This document shows positions 12,217 to 24,280 of a stretch of 64,000 bases of DNA, piece by piece. Under the pieces are notes generated by a model. It was not told the DNA's origin, did no database searches, and saw only the letters and a list, made by a program, of their open reading frames with translations. The stretch lies in assembly GCF_039654945.1 (NCBI RefSeq), contig NW_027361697.1, positions 53,692,001 to 53,756,000 of the forward strand, given 5' to 3'. The DNA comes from Dendrobates tinctorius. Taxonomy: Eukaryota. How positions within the stretch are numbered: position 1 is the stretch's first letter; the number at the start of each line of letters is the position of its first letter. Position numbers and translations under genes: made by a program.

Positions 12217-13817
12217 ACCAGTTGAAAAGTTTGGGGACACCCAGACAATTTTGTGTTTTCCATGAAAACTCATACTTTTATTAATCAAATGTGTTGCCAA
12301 ATGAATTTAAAATCTAGTCCAGGCATTGACAAGGTTCGAAAAAAAGATTTTTATTTGAAATAATAATTTTCTCCTTCAAACTTTGCTTTAGTCAAAGAAT
12401 GCTCCATTTGCAGCAATTACAGCATTGCAGACCTTTGGCATTCTAGCAGTTAATTTGCTGAGGTAATCAGGACAAATTTCACCCCATGCTTCCAGAAGCC
12501 CTTCCCACAAGTTGGTTTAGCTTGATGGGCACTTTTTGCGTACCATACGGTCAAGCTGCTCACACAACAGCTCAATGTGGTTGAGATCTGGTGACTGCGC
12601 TGGCCACTCCATTACAGATAGAATAAAAGCGGCCTACTTCTTCCCTAAATAGTTCTTGCATAATTTGGAGGTGTGCTTTGGGTCATTTTCCTGTTGAAGC
12701 ATGAAATTGGCTCCAATCAAGCGCTGTCCACAGGGTATGGCATGGCATTGAAAAATGGAGTGATAGCCTTCCTCATTCAAAATCCCTTTTACCTTGTACA
12801 AATCTCCCACTTTACCAGCACCAAAGCAACTCCAGACCATCACATTTCCTCCACCATGCATGACAGATGGCGTCAGACACTCTTCCAGCATCTTTTCAGT
12901 TGTTCTGCATCTCACAAATGTTCTTCTGTGTGATCCAAACACCACAAACTTGGATTCGTCTGTCCAAAACACTTTTTACCAATCTTCCTCTGTGTTCTTT
13001 TGCCCATATTAATCTTTTCCTTTTATTAGCCAGCCTCAGATATGGCTTTTTCTTTGCCACTCTGCCCTGAAGGCCAGCATCCCAGAGTCGCTTCTTCACT
13101 GTAGACGTTGACACTGGAGTTTTGCGTGTACTGTTTAATGAAGCTGCCAGTTGAGGACCTGTGAGGCGTCGATTTCTCAAACTACAGTCTCTAATGTTCT
13201 TGTCTTGTTGCTCAGTTGTGCAGCAGGGCCTCCCACTTCTCTTTCTACTCTGGTTAGAGCCTGTTTCTGCTCTACTCTGAAGGGAATAGTACACACCGTT
13301 GTAGGAAATCTCCAGTTTCTTGGCAATTTCTCTCATAGAATAGCCTTCAATTCTAAGAACAAGAATAGACTGTCAAGTTTCACATGAAAGTTCTTTTTTG
13401 CTGGCCATTTTGAGAGTTTAATGGAACCAACAAATGTAATGCTCCAGATTCTCAACTAGCTCAAAGGAAGGTCAGGTTTATAGCTTCTATAATCAGCCAA
13501 ACTGTTTTCAGCTGTGCTAACATACTTGCACAAGGGTTTTCAAGGGTATTCTAACCATCCATTAGCCTTCTTACACAGTTAGCAAACACAAAGTACCATA
13601 AGAACACTGGAGTGATGGTTGTTGGAAATGGGCCTCTATGCACCTATGAAGATATTGCATTACAAACCAGACATTTGCAGCTATAATAGTCATTTACCAC
13701 ATTAACAATGTAAAGAGTGTATTTCTGAATCATTTAATGTTAGCTTCATTGGAAAAAACTGCTTTTCTTTCAAAAATAAGGAAATTGTAAGTGACCCTAA
13801 ACTTTTGAACGGTAGTG
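12217..13817 (-). mobile_element. Near full-length Tc1 element with disrupted transposase
   Basis: TIRs ..GTTGAAAAGTTTGGGGACAC and GTGACCCTAAACTTTTGAACGGTAGTG followed by TA. HTH region (RKRSGRP), FWTDESKF, GGGNVMVW and QQENDPKH lie in two shifted ORFs. Confidence 0.9.
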
Positions 13818-15049
13818 TATATATAGGAAAAGGACCCTTAAGCAAGATAAACATATGGGCCCTTTGCAGTCCAATTGCTTCTCGTAATGCATAATTCCAC
13901 CACCTATGAAAGTGGAAGTGACCCCCTTACCTATGGGGTCCATGTGCAGCTGTACAGGTTGCATCAATGAAATGTCTGCCCTTGTGTTAGGAAACATGCT
14001 AGATTTTTTGGGAATATCCTAAACGCATGTCATTCATACATTTTACTCATACTCACACATAGGACATATGTCATGTACACTCAATGTCAGACTGAGGTGC
14101 CAAAGGCCCACCAATAACATTGACTCTGGTGGTCCACTGTTCAGCTCTATGCAAGTATTTTATTACCCTCATTAACAAGTTTAGCTATGCTTCTAAATAA
14201 CAATTCACTGGGAAGTTTGTTAAATGAATGACATTGCCTTTGTCTGTACACAGTGGATCAACTATTTTGTGCCAACTACTGCTCATGTATGCAGAGTGGC
14301 CCACCAGAGGATTCACCTGTTCTTCTATGGGCCAGTCCGAACCTGTGTGCAACCTTCTCACACATAAGACACATGGTACATGTAGATCAATTGTAAAGAG
14401 TAAATGCAGCACATGTACCACTGAGACACAGTCCAGTGTGAACACACCAATCATATGGGTTAATGCCTCTGGAGGGCCCTGGCTTCTCCTTCAGAAGAGT
14501 TCATAGTGCAAACCTTGCAGTTGCTATGGGGCTTTTCAGTGGAGTGGAAAGGTGGGCCCTCAGAATCAAATCCACCGGTGGGCCCAATGTTCTTCAGTCT
14601 GACACTGATGCCACACATACCATCACATACAAAACTTATGCTGCATACATGCCATTCACACGTAGTTAGAACACATGCTACACTTAAACCACATATACAT
14701 TGAACACATACAGCAGATAACATACACAGGCCCTTCTTACTTTTTTCTGAATTTGGTTAATTTCAAACAAAAAAAATGTAGCCATTATTGTGACAAGTTA
14801 ACAAAACCCGTGACAGGCTGCAGATCACATCATAACCACTATGCAGCCATGCATATTGCATCTCTTGCAAGAGTATTTTGAAATCATGTATTTCTAAAAA
14901 AAAAAAACCTCATCATTCATACCAAACATCTAGGTATATCCTGAACCTTTCTGAAACAGTAAAGTAATTCTGGAAAATATATATATTATTACAGAATTTG
15001 AGTACTAGATTTTGGAGATGGCACGTTGGTAAAGGAAACAAATCTGATT

Positions 15050-15580
15050 GCTATATGTGGAGTGGGAAAGGAATTTTTACCCTAACATTGGGCATTGAAT
15101 AACTGACTCACTGGGGTTTTGCCTTACTCTGGTCCCGCATGTTAGATTATAGGTTGAACTTTATGAAACGAAGTCTCCTCTAAGGGTATGTGCACAGGCT
15201 GCGAATTCTGCTGCGGATCCGCAGCGGATTTGGCCCTGCGGATCCGCAGCAGTTTCTGCTGCGTTGTACAGTACCATTGTAGTCTATGAAAAACAAAAAA
15301 TGCTGTGCACATGGTGCAGATTTTTCCGTGCGGATTTGCTGCAGATTACAATCCGCAGCATGTCAATTCTTTGTGCGGAATCCGCAGCGGTTTTATACCT
15401 TCTACATTGTAGAGGTGTGAAACCGCAGGGCTAAACCACAGGTAATCTGCAGATAAACTGCAGGTCTTTTGACCTGTGGATTTACCTGAGGATTTTACCA
15501 AATCCACGCGGAAAAATCTGCATACCAATCCGCAGCGTGTGCACATAGCCTTAACCTTAAAACTTATGGAACTGTGAAAC
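15050..15580 (+). mobile_element. Old CR1 3' tail remnant interrupted by a MITE
   Basis: GGAATTTTT..GGGGTTTTGCCTT..GGTTGAACT resembles the CR1 tail at 47350-47520. Confidence 0.55.
15184..15551. mobile_element. Harbinger-type MITE
   Basis: TIRs GGGTATGTGCACA and TGTGCACATAGCC, flanked by TAA. Internal CCGCAGCGG repeats. Confidence 0.8.
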
Positions 15581-16087
15581 ATGTTGCAAAGATCTCTCAC
15601 TTATTGGACACGCTGCACATTCCACTGAGGGCCGATTGTAGCTTTTATAGCTTTTGAAAATGAAGCTTTTGAAAATTGGAATGGCACCCCTCCCCACAGT
15701 ATAATATAAAACTGCTACTGCTATAAAAAAAAAAAACTAAATTCCATCAATGCGTTTGTGGGTTTTAATGTTAAGGTATTGATTTTATGGTAAAAGTGAC
15801 CTGTGAAAATGATTCTCCAGGTCATTGCTTTTACAATGATACAAAACTTTCAGAAATTGTATTTTTTTTGCAAAGAAATAAAAGACTTTGGTTTGTGATG
15901 TCATTTTTTGAGACCTGTAACCTTTTTATTGTTCTGTCCATGGAGCTTAGTGAGGGCTTGTTTTTATGTGGAGAGCTGATGTTTTTATTGACACCAATTT
16001 GGAGCTTTTGATCACTTTTTCCTGCATTTTTAGGGAGGAGAGGTGACTATAAAAAATTTGGCATTTCGATTTTTTTCTCCTTATTGT

Positions 16088-16586
16088 GGCCGGTTTCACA
16101 TTAGCGCTTTTTAAGCGCACGCACGGCCGGGGGAAGCTCCGCCCCCGAGCTGGCTCTCTGCCCGGCGTGCCCGCCCCTTGCTTGTAGCGCCGCCTACTAG
16201 CGGACAGCGGCGCCTGCGATCGGCGCACCCTATCTTTAGCATAGGGTGCGCAGATCGTGCGCAGGCCGTGCGCTAGTTGCGCTTTGACCTGCGCTGCGCA
16301 CTTTTGACGGTGCGCCGTGCGCGCCAAAATCCGAAAAGTTTGATTTTGGTGCGCACTGCGCACCGTCAAAAGTGCGCAGCGCAGGTCAAAGCGCAACTAG
16401 CGCACGGCCTGCGCACGATCTGCGCACCCTATGCTAAAGATAGGGTGCGCCGATCGCAGGCGCCGCTGTCCGCTAGTAGGCGGCGCTACAAGCAAGGGGC
16501 GGGGCACGCCGGGCAGAGAGCCGGCTTGGGGGCGGAGCTACCCCCGGCCGTGCGTGCGCTTAAAAAGCGCTAATGTGAAACCGGCC
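16088..16586. mobile_element. 499-bp near-perfect palindromic Harbinger-type MITE
   Basis: GGCCGGTTTCACATTAGCGC...GCGCTAATGTGAAACCGGCC. Arms pair to the centre at ~16337. TGT on both flanks. Confidence 0.88.
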
Positions 16587-16719
16587 TGTCTGTGTTAATT
16601 AGTTTTATGTTTTGATCATTTTGATAGACCAATCTTTCATGGATGTGGCCATATAAAATATTTAAAAGTTTTATTTTCATTATTTTTAGCAAGAGAATAC
16701 AGCACCAGACGCAACATTG

Positions 16720-16955
16720 CAACATGACTATGTCATCAAAACCACCATCAGTGCATGTATACATCACCCAAATTACCATCATTAAAAATACATCAAAGGC
16801 AACACCATCAGTACATGAATATATTATCAGAAACACCATCAGTACATGACTGCGTCATCAAAAACACTATCAGTACATGAATACAGGACTAGAACTGCCA
16901 TCACTACATAAATACATCACTAGAAACATCATCAGTACATGAATACATCACCAGT
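16720..16955. repeat. Degenerate minisatellite (~30 bp, CATCAGTACATGAATACATCACC..AAC)
   Basis: About 7 recurrences of CATCAGTACATG-like motifs. Confidence 0.65.
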
Positions 16956-18164
16956 CATGTCGACAGCCATTTAGTGAGCTCAGCGCATATGTCAGTAAAG
17001 ATGGAATGCCCAACTCATAGCCACTGAGCTCACTGATTGGCTAATGATGATCTGTCAATGTGACATCAATGTTGCAACTAGTGTTGAGCGATACCGTTCG
17101 ATACCCAAAAATATCGTATCGGATGGTATCGCCCGATACGAAAAAAATATCGGGTATCGCCGATTCCGATATCGGAAGTCCCATTCAAGTCAATGGGACT
17201 TCCGGTATCGGAATTTAAAAAAGCCCTTTATTTCCTTGTTGGCTTATTCTATGTAATTGGAAACAAATAAGAGTCATGTAGAATGTATTGTGGGAGGTGG
17301 AGGAGACTTTAAAGGCATAGTGGTTTATTCAAATCACATGGCATAGCATTAATTCCAATTTTTTTTTCAAGACGTTCGGAGTTAAAAAGATATTGACAAT
17401 GTTAACTTTTTTATATTTTGTCAGATATGTATGTTTCACAACTTCCATGCTCTTCTCCTTCTTTTGTACTTCTCCCACACTTTCTCCTTCATGATCCGCA
17501 GCAGTAGCATTTTTTTCATCAACTTTTTCTTCACCTTATTCATCTTCTTCTTTTTCAACTTCTTCCCATTTTTTTTTCCATTCTTCATATTCTTCTTATT
17601 CAGCTATTATTAATTTTCATATGCTATTTCTTCATCTTCTTCCTATTCTTCTTTTTCTTCATTTTCTTATGGTGACAGGCATTCCTGTAGTACTTATCTA
17701 TAAAAGTTATAAGATTACACCTTACGTTCTGCCTGTCACAAAAGATTTACAACAAGATTTGTCCACATTCAGTTTGGCCTGCAGCAGCAGGCATTTTCCA
17801 GGGGCACCACGAGGAGGAACGGACTCACCCCCATTTACTGCTTAGTCTTCTGCTTATAATTTTGATTTCTTCTATGCTGATTTTTAGTCTTATGCTTAAT
17901 GTTCTTCTGCTTTCTGTTCTTCTGCTTTTGCTTCTTCTGCTTCTTGTTCTTCTGTCTTTTGTTCTGTATCTTGGTGGTTGTCTTCATGTTCTTTGTCCTC
18001 TTGGTCTTATTATTTAGGGTCATATTTCTGGTCTTCTTTGGTGTGGTCTTCAGGGTCGTCGTCATCAGGGTCGTCGTCATGGAGATCAATAAGGATTACC
18101 AAAGACAATTTCAAAAAGCTTGATCTTGGAAATGTAGCAGAAGGTACAAGAAGGCTGAGAAACT

Positions 18165-19400
18165 GGCGAGAACCAGCTGACAGTACTGGAACCCGTAGTG
18201 GCAGCAGAAGGAACAATAGCCAATGGCACTACTGAGGAACAGCTGACGGTGCTGGACCCCGGTTACTATGCAGGAGGTACCTGTGCTAGAAACCACTACC
18301 AAGGACCAGCTGACGGTGCTGGACTTCGGATACCGAGATGGAGGCACCTAGGCCAAAGGCTCTGGCGAGAACCAGCTGACAGTGCTGGCACCTGGATGGG
18401 TAGCAGAAGGAACAAGAGCCAATGGCACTACCGAGGACCAACTGACGGTGCTGGACCACGGTTACTAAGCAGAAGGTACCTGTGCTAAAAAGCACTACCA
18501 AGGACCAGCTGACGGTGCTGGACCTCGGATACCGAGATGGAGGCACCTAGGCCAAAGGCTCTGGCGAGAACCAGCAGACAGTGCTGGCACCCGGATGGGT
18601 AGCAGAAGGAACAAGAGCCAATGGCACTACCGAGGACCAACTGACGGTGCTGGACCACGGTTACAAAGCAGAAGGTACCTGTGCTAAAATGCACTACCAA
18701 AGACCAGCTGACGGTGCTGGACCTCGGATACCGAGATGGAGGCACCTAGGCCAAAGGCTCTGGCGAGAACCAGCTGAGAGTGCTGGCACCCGGATGGGTA
18801 GCAGAAGGAACAAGAGCCAATGGCACTACCGAGGACCAACTGACGGTGCTGGACCACGGTTACTAAGCAGAAGGTACCTGTGCTAAAAAGCACTACCAAG
18901 GACCAGCTGACGGTGCTGGACCTCGGATACCGAGATGGAGGCACCTAGGCCAAAGGCTCTGGCGAGAACCAGCAGACAGTGCTGGCACCCGGATGGGTAG
19001 CAGAAGGAACAAGAGCCAATGGCACTACCGAGGACCAACTGACGGTGCTGGACCACGGTTACAAAGCAGAAGGTACCTGTGTTAAAAAGCACTACCAAGG
19101 ACCAGCTGATGGTGCTGGACCTCGGATACCGAGATGGAGGCACCTAGGCCAAAGGCTCTGGCGAGAACCAGCAGACAGTGCTGGAACCCGGATGTGTAGC
19201 AGAAGGAACAAGAGCCAATGGCACTACCGAGGATCAACTGACGGTGCTGGACCACGGTTACTAAGCAGAAGGTACCTGTGCTAAAAAGCACTACCAAGGA
19301 CCAGCTGACGGTGCTGGACTTCGGATACCGAGATGGAGGCACCTAGGCCAAAGGCTCTGGCGAGAAACAGCTGACAGTGCTGGAACCCGGGTGGGTAGCA
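18165..19400. repeat. 199-bp tandem array (~6 copies) inside the hAT, followed by a 533-bp duplication extending to ~20230
   Basis: Near-identical ORF-track entries recur at 18286, 18485, 18684, 18883 and 19082. The pair 19343/19876 is offset by 533. Confidence 0.92.
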
Positions 19401-20299
19401 CAAGGTACCCATCCAAAGCAAAGTAGCCAGGCCGCAAGCCGGCCGCAGTTACAGAAACCCACAGTCCTACAGGGGGTCCATGTCCCATTGGCACTACGGA
19501 TCCAGCCTTCAGTGCCAGTTCCCGCAGCCCACATAGGAGTCACCTAAACTGCAGGCACCGTAGAGTCGGCTAACCCGGCCGCAAGACGACAGGACAACGG
19601 ATTGGTGGCATAGTGACCTTGACACTACCCGGAAACAGCAGGCGTGCTGAAAACAGGCTGGGCAACAGGGAGTACCCGTGCCAAAGACACTGCCGAGAAC
19701 CAACTGACGGTGCTGGAACCCAGATGGGTAGCAAAAGCTACAAGAGCCAATGGCACTACCGAGGAACAGCTGACAGTGCTGGACCATGGTTACTAGGCAG
19801 GAGGTACCTGTGCTAGAAAGCACTACCAAGGACCAGCTGACGGTGCTGGACCTTCGGATACCGAGATGGAGGCACCTAGGCCAAAGGCTCTGGCGAGAAC
19901 CAGCTGACAATGCTGGAACCCGGGTGGGTAGCAGAAGGTACCCATCCAAAGCAAAGTAGCCAGGCCGCAAGCCGGCTGCAGTTACCGAAACCCACAGTCC
20001 TACAGGGGGTCCATGTCCCATTGGCACTACGGATCCAGCCTTCAGTGCCAGTTCCTACAGCCCACATAGGAGTCACCTAAACTGCAGGCACCGTAGAGTC
20101 GGCTAACCCGGCCGCAAGACGACAGGACAACGGATTGGTGGCATAGTGACCTTGACACTACCCGGAAACAGCATGCATGCTGAAAACAGGCTGGGCAACA
20201 GGGAGTACCCATGCCAAAGACACTACCGAGCACCAACTGGCGTTGTTGGAGGCCAGGGACAATCATGGTGTAGGCCGAGGCCTACTTGGTGGTAGTTTT

Positions 20300-22230
20300 T
20301 AGTGTTGAGCATTCCGATACTGCAAATATCGGGTATCGGCCGATATTCGCTGTATCGGAATTCCGATACCGAGTACCGATATTTTTTCAATATCGGATAT
20401 CGGAATCGGAAGTTCCCATAATGCAAAGAGCCACTGCTGTGGCTCTGATTGGCTGCCGAAATGACGTCATCATGATGCGCAGTCTGTGCGCATCATGATG
20501 CGCCGTCAGTTCAGGCCTTCTGGAGGGGGGGTCTATGCCGACTGCCCGGGGTTCTGTACCGGCCTGCCGGGGGTCTGTGCCGACTGCCCGGGGGTCTGAG
20601 TGGACTGCCGGGGGTCCGTACCGGCCTCCCGGTGGTCCGTGCCGGCCTCCCGGTGGTCTGTGCTGACTGCCCGGGGGTCTGTACCGGCCTTCCGGGGGGC
20701 TGTGCCGGCCTGCCGGTGGTCTGTGCCGACAGCCCGGGGGTCTGTGCGGATTGCCGTGGGTCTGTACCGGCCTGCTGGTGGTCTGTACCGGATCGTCCGA
20801 TGGGACTACAAGTCCCATCGGGCGATGCCTGCTACCATGACAGTGATTGACACATTAGCCAATGATGGGACAGTAGTAGTCCCATCATCCGGCTAATGTG
20901 TTGAATGTACAAAAAAAAAAATACATACTACATACTGTACATACTACATGCTACATACATACTACATACATACTACATGCTACATACATACTACATACAT
21001 ACTACATGCTACATACATACTACATACATACTACATACATACATGCTACATACATACTACATGCTACATACATACTACATACATACTACATGCTACATAC
21101 ATACATGCAACATATATACCACATGCATGCAACATGCATACTACATATATACCACATATATACTACATGCATGCAACATGCATACTACATATATACCACA
21201 TATACCGGGGGGCTGTGCCGACTGTCCGGGGGTCTGTGCCGGCCTGCCGGTGGTCTGAGCGGACTGCCGGGGGTCTGTGCCGGCCTGCCGGGGGTCTGTG
21301 CGGACTGCCCGGGGGTCTGTACCGGCCTGCCGGGGGTCTGTGCCGGCCTGCCGGGGGTCTGTACCGACTGTCCGGGGGTCTGTGCGGACTGCCGGGGGTC
21401 TGTACCGGCCTGCCGGTGGTCTGTACCGACTGTGCGGGGGTCTGTGCAGGCTGAGGGGGTCTGTACAGGCCTGCCGGGGGGCTGTGCCGGCCTGCCGGTG
21501 GTCTGTACCGACTGTCCGGGGGTCTGAGCGGACTGCCGGGGGGTCTGTACCGGCCTGCGCCGACTGTCCGGGGGTCTGTGCCGACTGCCCAGGGGTCTGT
21601 GCGGACTGCCGGGGATCTGTACCGGCCTGCCGGTGGTCTGAGCGAACTGCTGGGGGTCTGTGCGGACTGCCCGGGGGTCTTGTGCGGACTGCCGGGGGTC
21701 TGTACCGACCTGCCGGGGGTCTATGCCGGCCTGCCGGGGGTCTGTACCGACTGTCCGGGGGTCTGTGTGGACTGCCGGTGGTCTGTACCGGCCTGCCGGT
21801 GGTCTGTACCGACTGTGCGGGGGTCTGTGCAGGCTGCGGGGGTCTGTACGGGCCTGACGGGGGGCTGTGCCGGCCTGCCGGTGGTCTGTACCGACTGTCC
21901 GGGGGTCTGAGCGGCCTGCCGGGGGTCTGTACCGGCCTGCCGGGGGCCTGTGCCGACTGTCCGGGAGTCTGTGCCGACTGTAGTCCGCACAGTCCGGCAG
22001 TCCGCACAGACCCCCGGGTACTCGGCACAGACCCCCGGAAGGTCCGTACACCCCCCCCGAGAGGCTGTACAAGGAGAGAAAAGGGTTTTTCTTATTCCGA
22101 TACCGGAAGTCCCATAGACTTGAATGGGACTTCCGGTATCGGAATCGGCGATACCCGATACTTTTTTCGTATCGGGCCGATACCATCCGATCCGATATTT
22201 TAGGGTATCAGATGGTATCGCTCAACACTA
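20300..22230 (+). mobile_element. Non-autonomous hAT of the same family nested in the large hAT, opposite orientation
   Basis: TAGTGTTGAGCATTCC...GTATCGCTCAACACTA. TSD GTAGTTTT at 20292-20299 and 22231-22238. Confidence 0.93.
20530..21985. repeat. GC-rich ~21-bp minisatellite (TGCCGGGGGTCTGTACCGGCC) split by a CATA/CTACAT-type microsatellite at ~20920-21200
   Basis: Direct reading of the repeat units. Confidence 0.92.
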
Positions 22231-22659
22231 GTAGTTTTAGATTGTTTGTAGGCTACAACAGACTGTCAACGTGCTCCAATTAGGCATCTGTCTCCACTCT
22301 GTTTCCAGGATTTCACGTGACCACCAACATCGCCAGTTTACGCGTACAGTAGCCATCTGCCCAATCCACACGTGTTCCTGTGTTACTGGGGTTCTGTAAT
22401 GTCAGCAGATCCCCTGATGTGTGTCTGCCACTGTCTCCTGCTCTGTCCACATTCCCACCACTTGTAGTGGGAAGGTGGACAGCGCAGGAGACAGTGCCGG
22501 ACACACATTGGGGGATCTGCTCACGTAACAGAACACCAGGAACACAGGAACAAGTGTGGAATGCGTGGACGGCAACTGTGAGCAGGAACTGGCGGTGTTG
22601 GAGGTCAGGGGAAATACTAGAGACAGAGTGGAGACAGAGGCCAAATCAGAGAATGTTTA

Positions 22660-24210
22660 AATCTGAAGTAGTTACAATTTGGAGGCAGCAGCAGTTTGCC
22701 CTCCACACAGCAGGGGATCAGCTGACGTTACTGAACCCCACTTTCACATGAACAAGTGTTTTTTTCTGTGTGGACAGCACTTCCGAGCACCAACTGGCGT
22801 TGTTGGAGCCCAGGGAAAATCAGGTAGTAGGCCAAGGCCTACTGGGAGCCAGGTGTAAATCTGAGGTACTTTGAGTTTGGAGGGAGCAGGACACTTTGCC
22901 ATACACACAGCAGGGGATCAGCTGACGTTACCGAACCCCACTTTCACATGAACAAGTGTTTTTTTCTGTGTGGACAGCACTTCCAAGCACCAACTGGCGT
23001 TGTTGGAGCCCAGGGACAATCATGGTGCAGGCCGAGGCCTACTAGGAGCCAGGTGTAAATCGGAGGTAGTTTGACTTTGGAGGGAGCAGGACACTTTGCC
23101 CTCCACACAGCAGGGGATCAGCTGATGTTACCGTAACCCCACTTTCACATGAACAAGTGTTTTTTTCTGTGTGGACAGCACTTCCGAGCACCAACTGGCG
23201 TTGTTGGAGCCCAGGGACAATCATGGTGCAGGCCGAGGCCTACTAGGAGCCAGGTGTAAATCGGAGGTAGTTTGACTTTGGAGGGAGCAGGACACTTTGC
23301 CCTCCACACAGCAGGGCATCAGCTGACGTTACCGAACCCCACTTTCACATGAACAAGTGTTTTTTTCTGTGTGGACAGCACTTCCGAGCACCAACTGGCA
23401 TTGTTGGAGCCCAGGGACAATCGTGGTGCAGGCCGAGGCCTACTAGGAGCCAGGTGTAAATTGGAGGTAGTTTGACTTTGGAGGGAGCAGGACACTTTGC
23501 CCTCAACACAGCAGGGGATCAGCTGACGTTACCGAACCCCACTTTCACATGAACAAGTGTTTTTTTCTGTGTGGACAGCACTTCCGAGCAACAACTGACG
23601 ATGTTGGAGCCCAGGGATAGTCATTTTGTAGGCTGAGGCCTACTTGGAGGCAGTTTAAGATAAGACGTTGTTTGAATTTGGAGGCAGCAGGAAAGTTTGC
23701 CGTACACACAGCAGGGGATCAGCAGATGTTACTGAACCCCACTTTCACAAGAACAAGTGTTTTTTTCTGTGTGGACAGCACTTCCGAGCACCAACTGATG
23801 TTTTTGGAGCCCAGGGACAATCATGGTGTAGGCCGAGGCGTACTTGGAGCCAGGTGTAAATCTGAGGTTGTTTGACTGTGGAGGGAGCAGGACACTTTGC
23901 CATACACACAGCAGGGGATCAGCTGACGTTACCGAACCCCACTTACACATGAGCGAGTGTTTTGTCTGTGCGGACAGCACTTCTGAGCACCAACTGGCGG
24001 TGTCGGAGCACAGGGAAAATCAGGTAGTAGGCCGAGGCCTACTTGGAGCTAAGTGTAAGTCTGAGGTTGTTTGACTGTGGAGGGAGCAGGACACTTTGCC
24101 ATACACACAGCAGGGGATCAGCTGACATTACCGAACCCCACTTACACATGAACGAGTGTTTTGTCTGTGTGGACAACACTTCTGAGCAGCAACGGGCGTT
24201 GCTGTAGCCC
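22660..24210. repeat. ~200-bp tandem array (8 copies) immediately 3' of the hAT transposase
   Basis: The CTTTCACA/CTTACACA anchor recurs at 22741, 22941, 23142, 23342, 23542, 23742, 23942 and 24141. Confidence 0.92.
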
Positions 24211-24280
24211 AGGAAATAAAGTTCAGGTCATAGAAACATGAACACAACAGGAGACCTGGATCCTGTTGCCAGGCAATTAT

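Noticed and set aside
15947-16573. Two near-identical ORFs on opposite strands
   Set aside because: Consequence of the palindromic MITE.
18111-20266. Repeated 86-aa and 101-aa ORFs as a gene cluster
   Set aside because: They are by-products of the 199-bp repeat. The period is not a multiple of three and no domain is recognisable.
20387-22203. Long ORFs (up to 333 aa) in many frames
   Set aside because: Stop-poor 21-bp GC-rich minisatellite and microsatellite, open on both strands.
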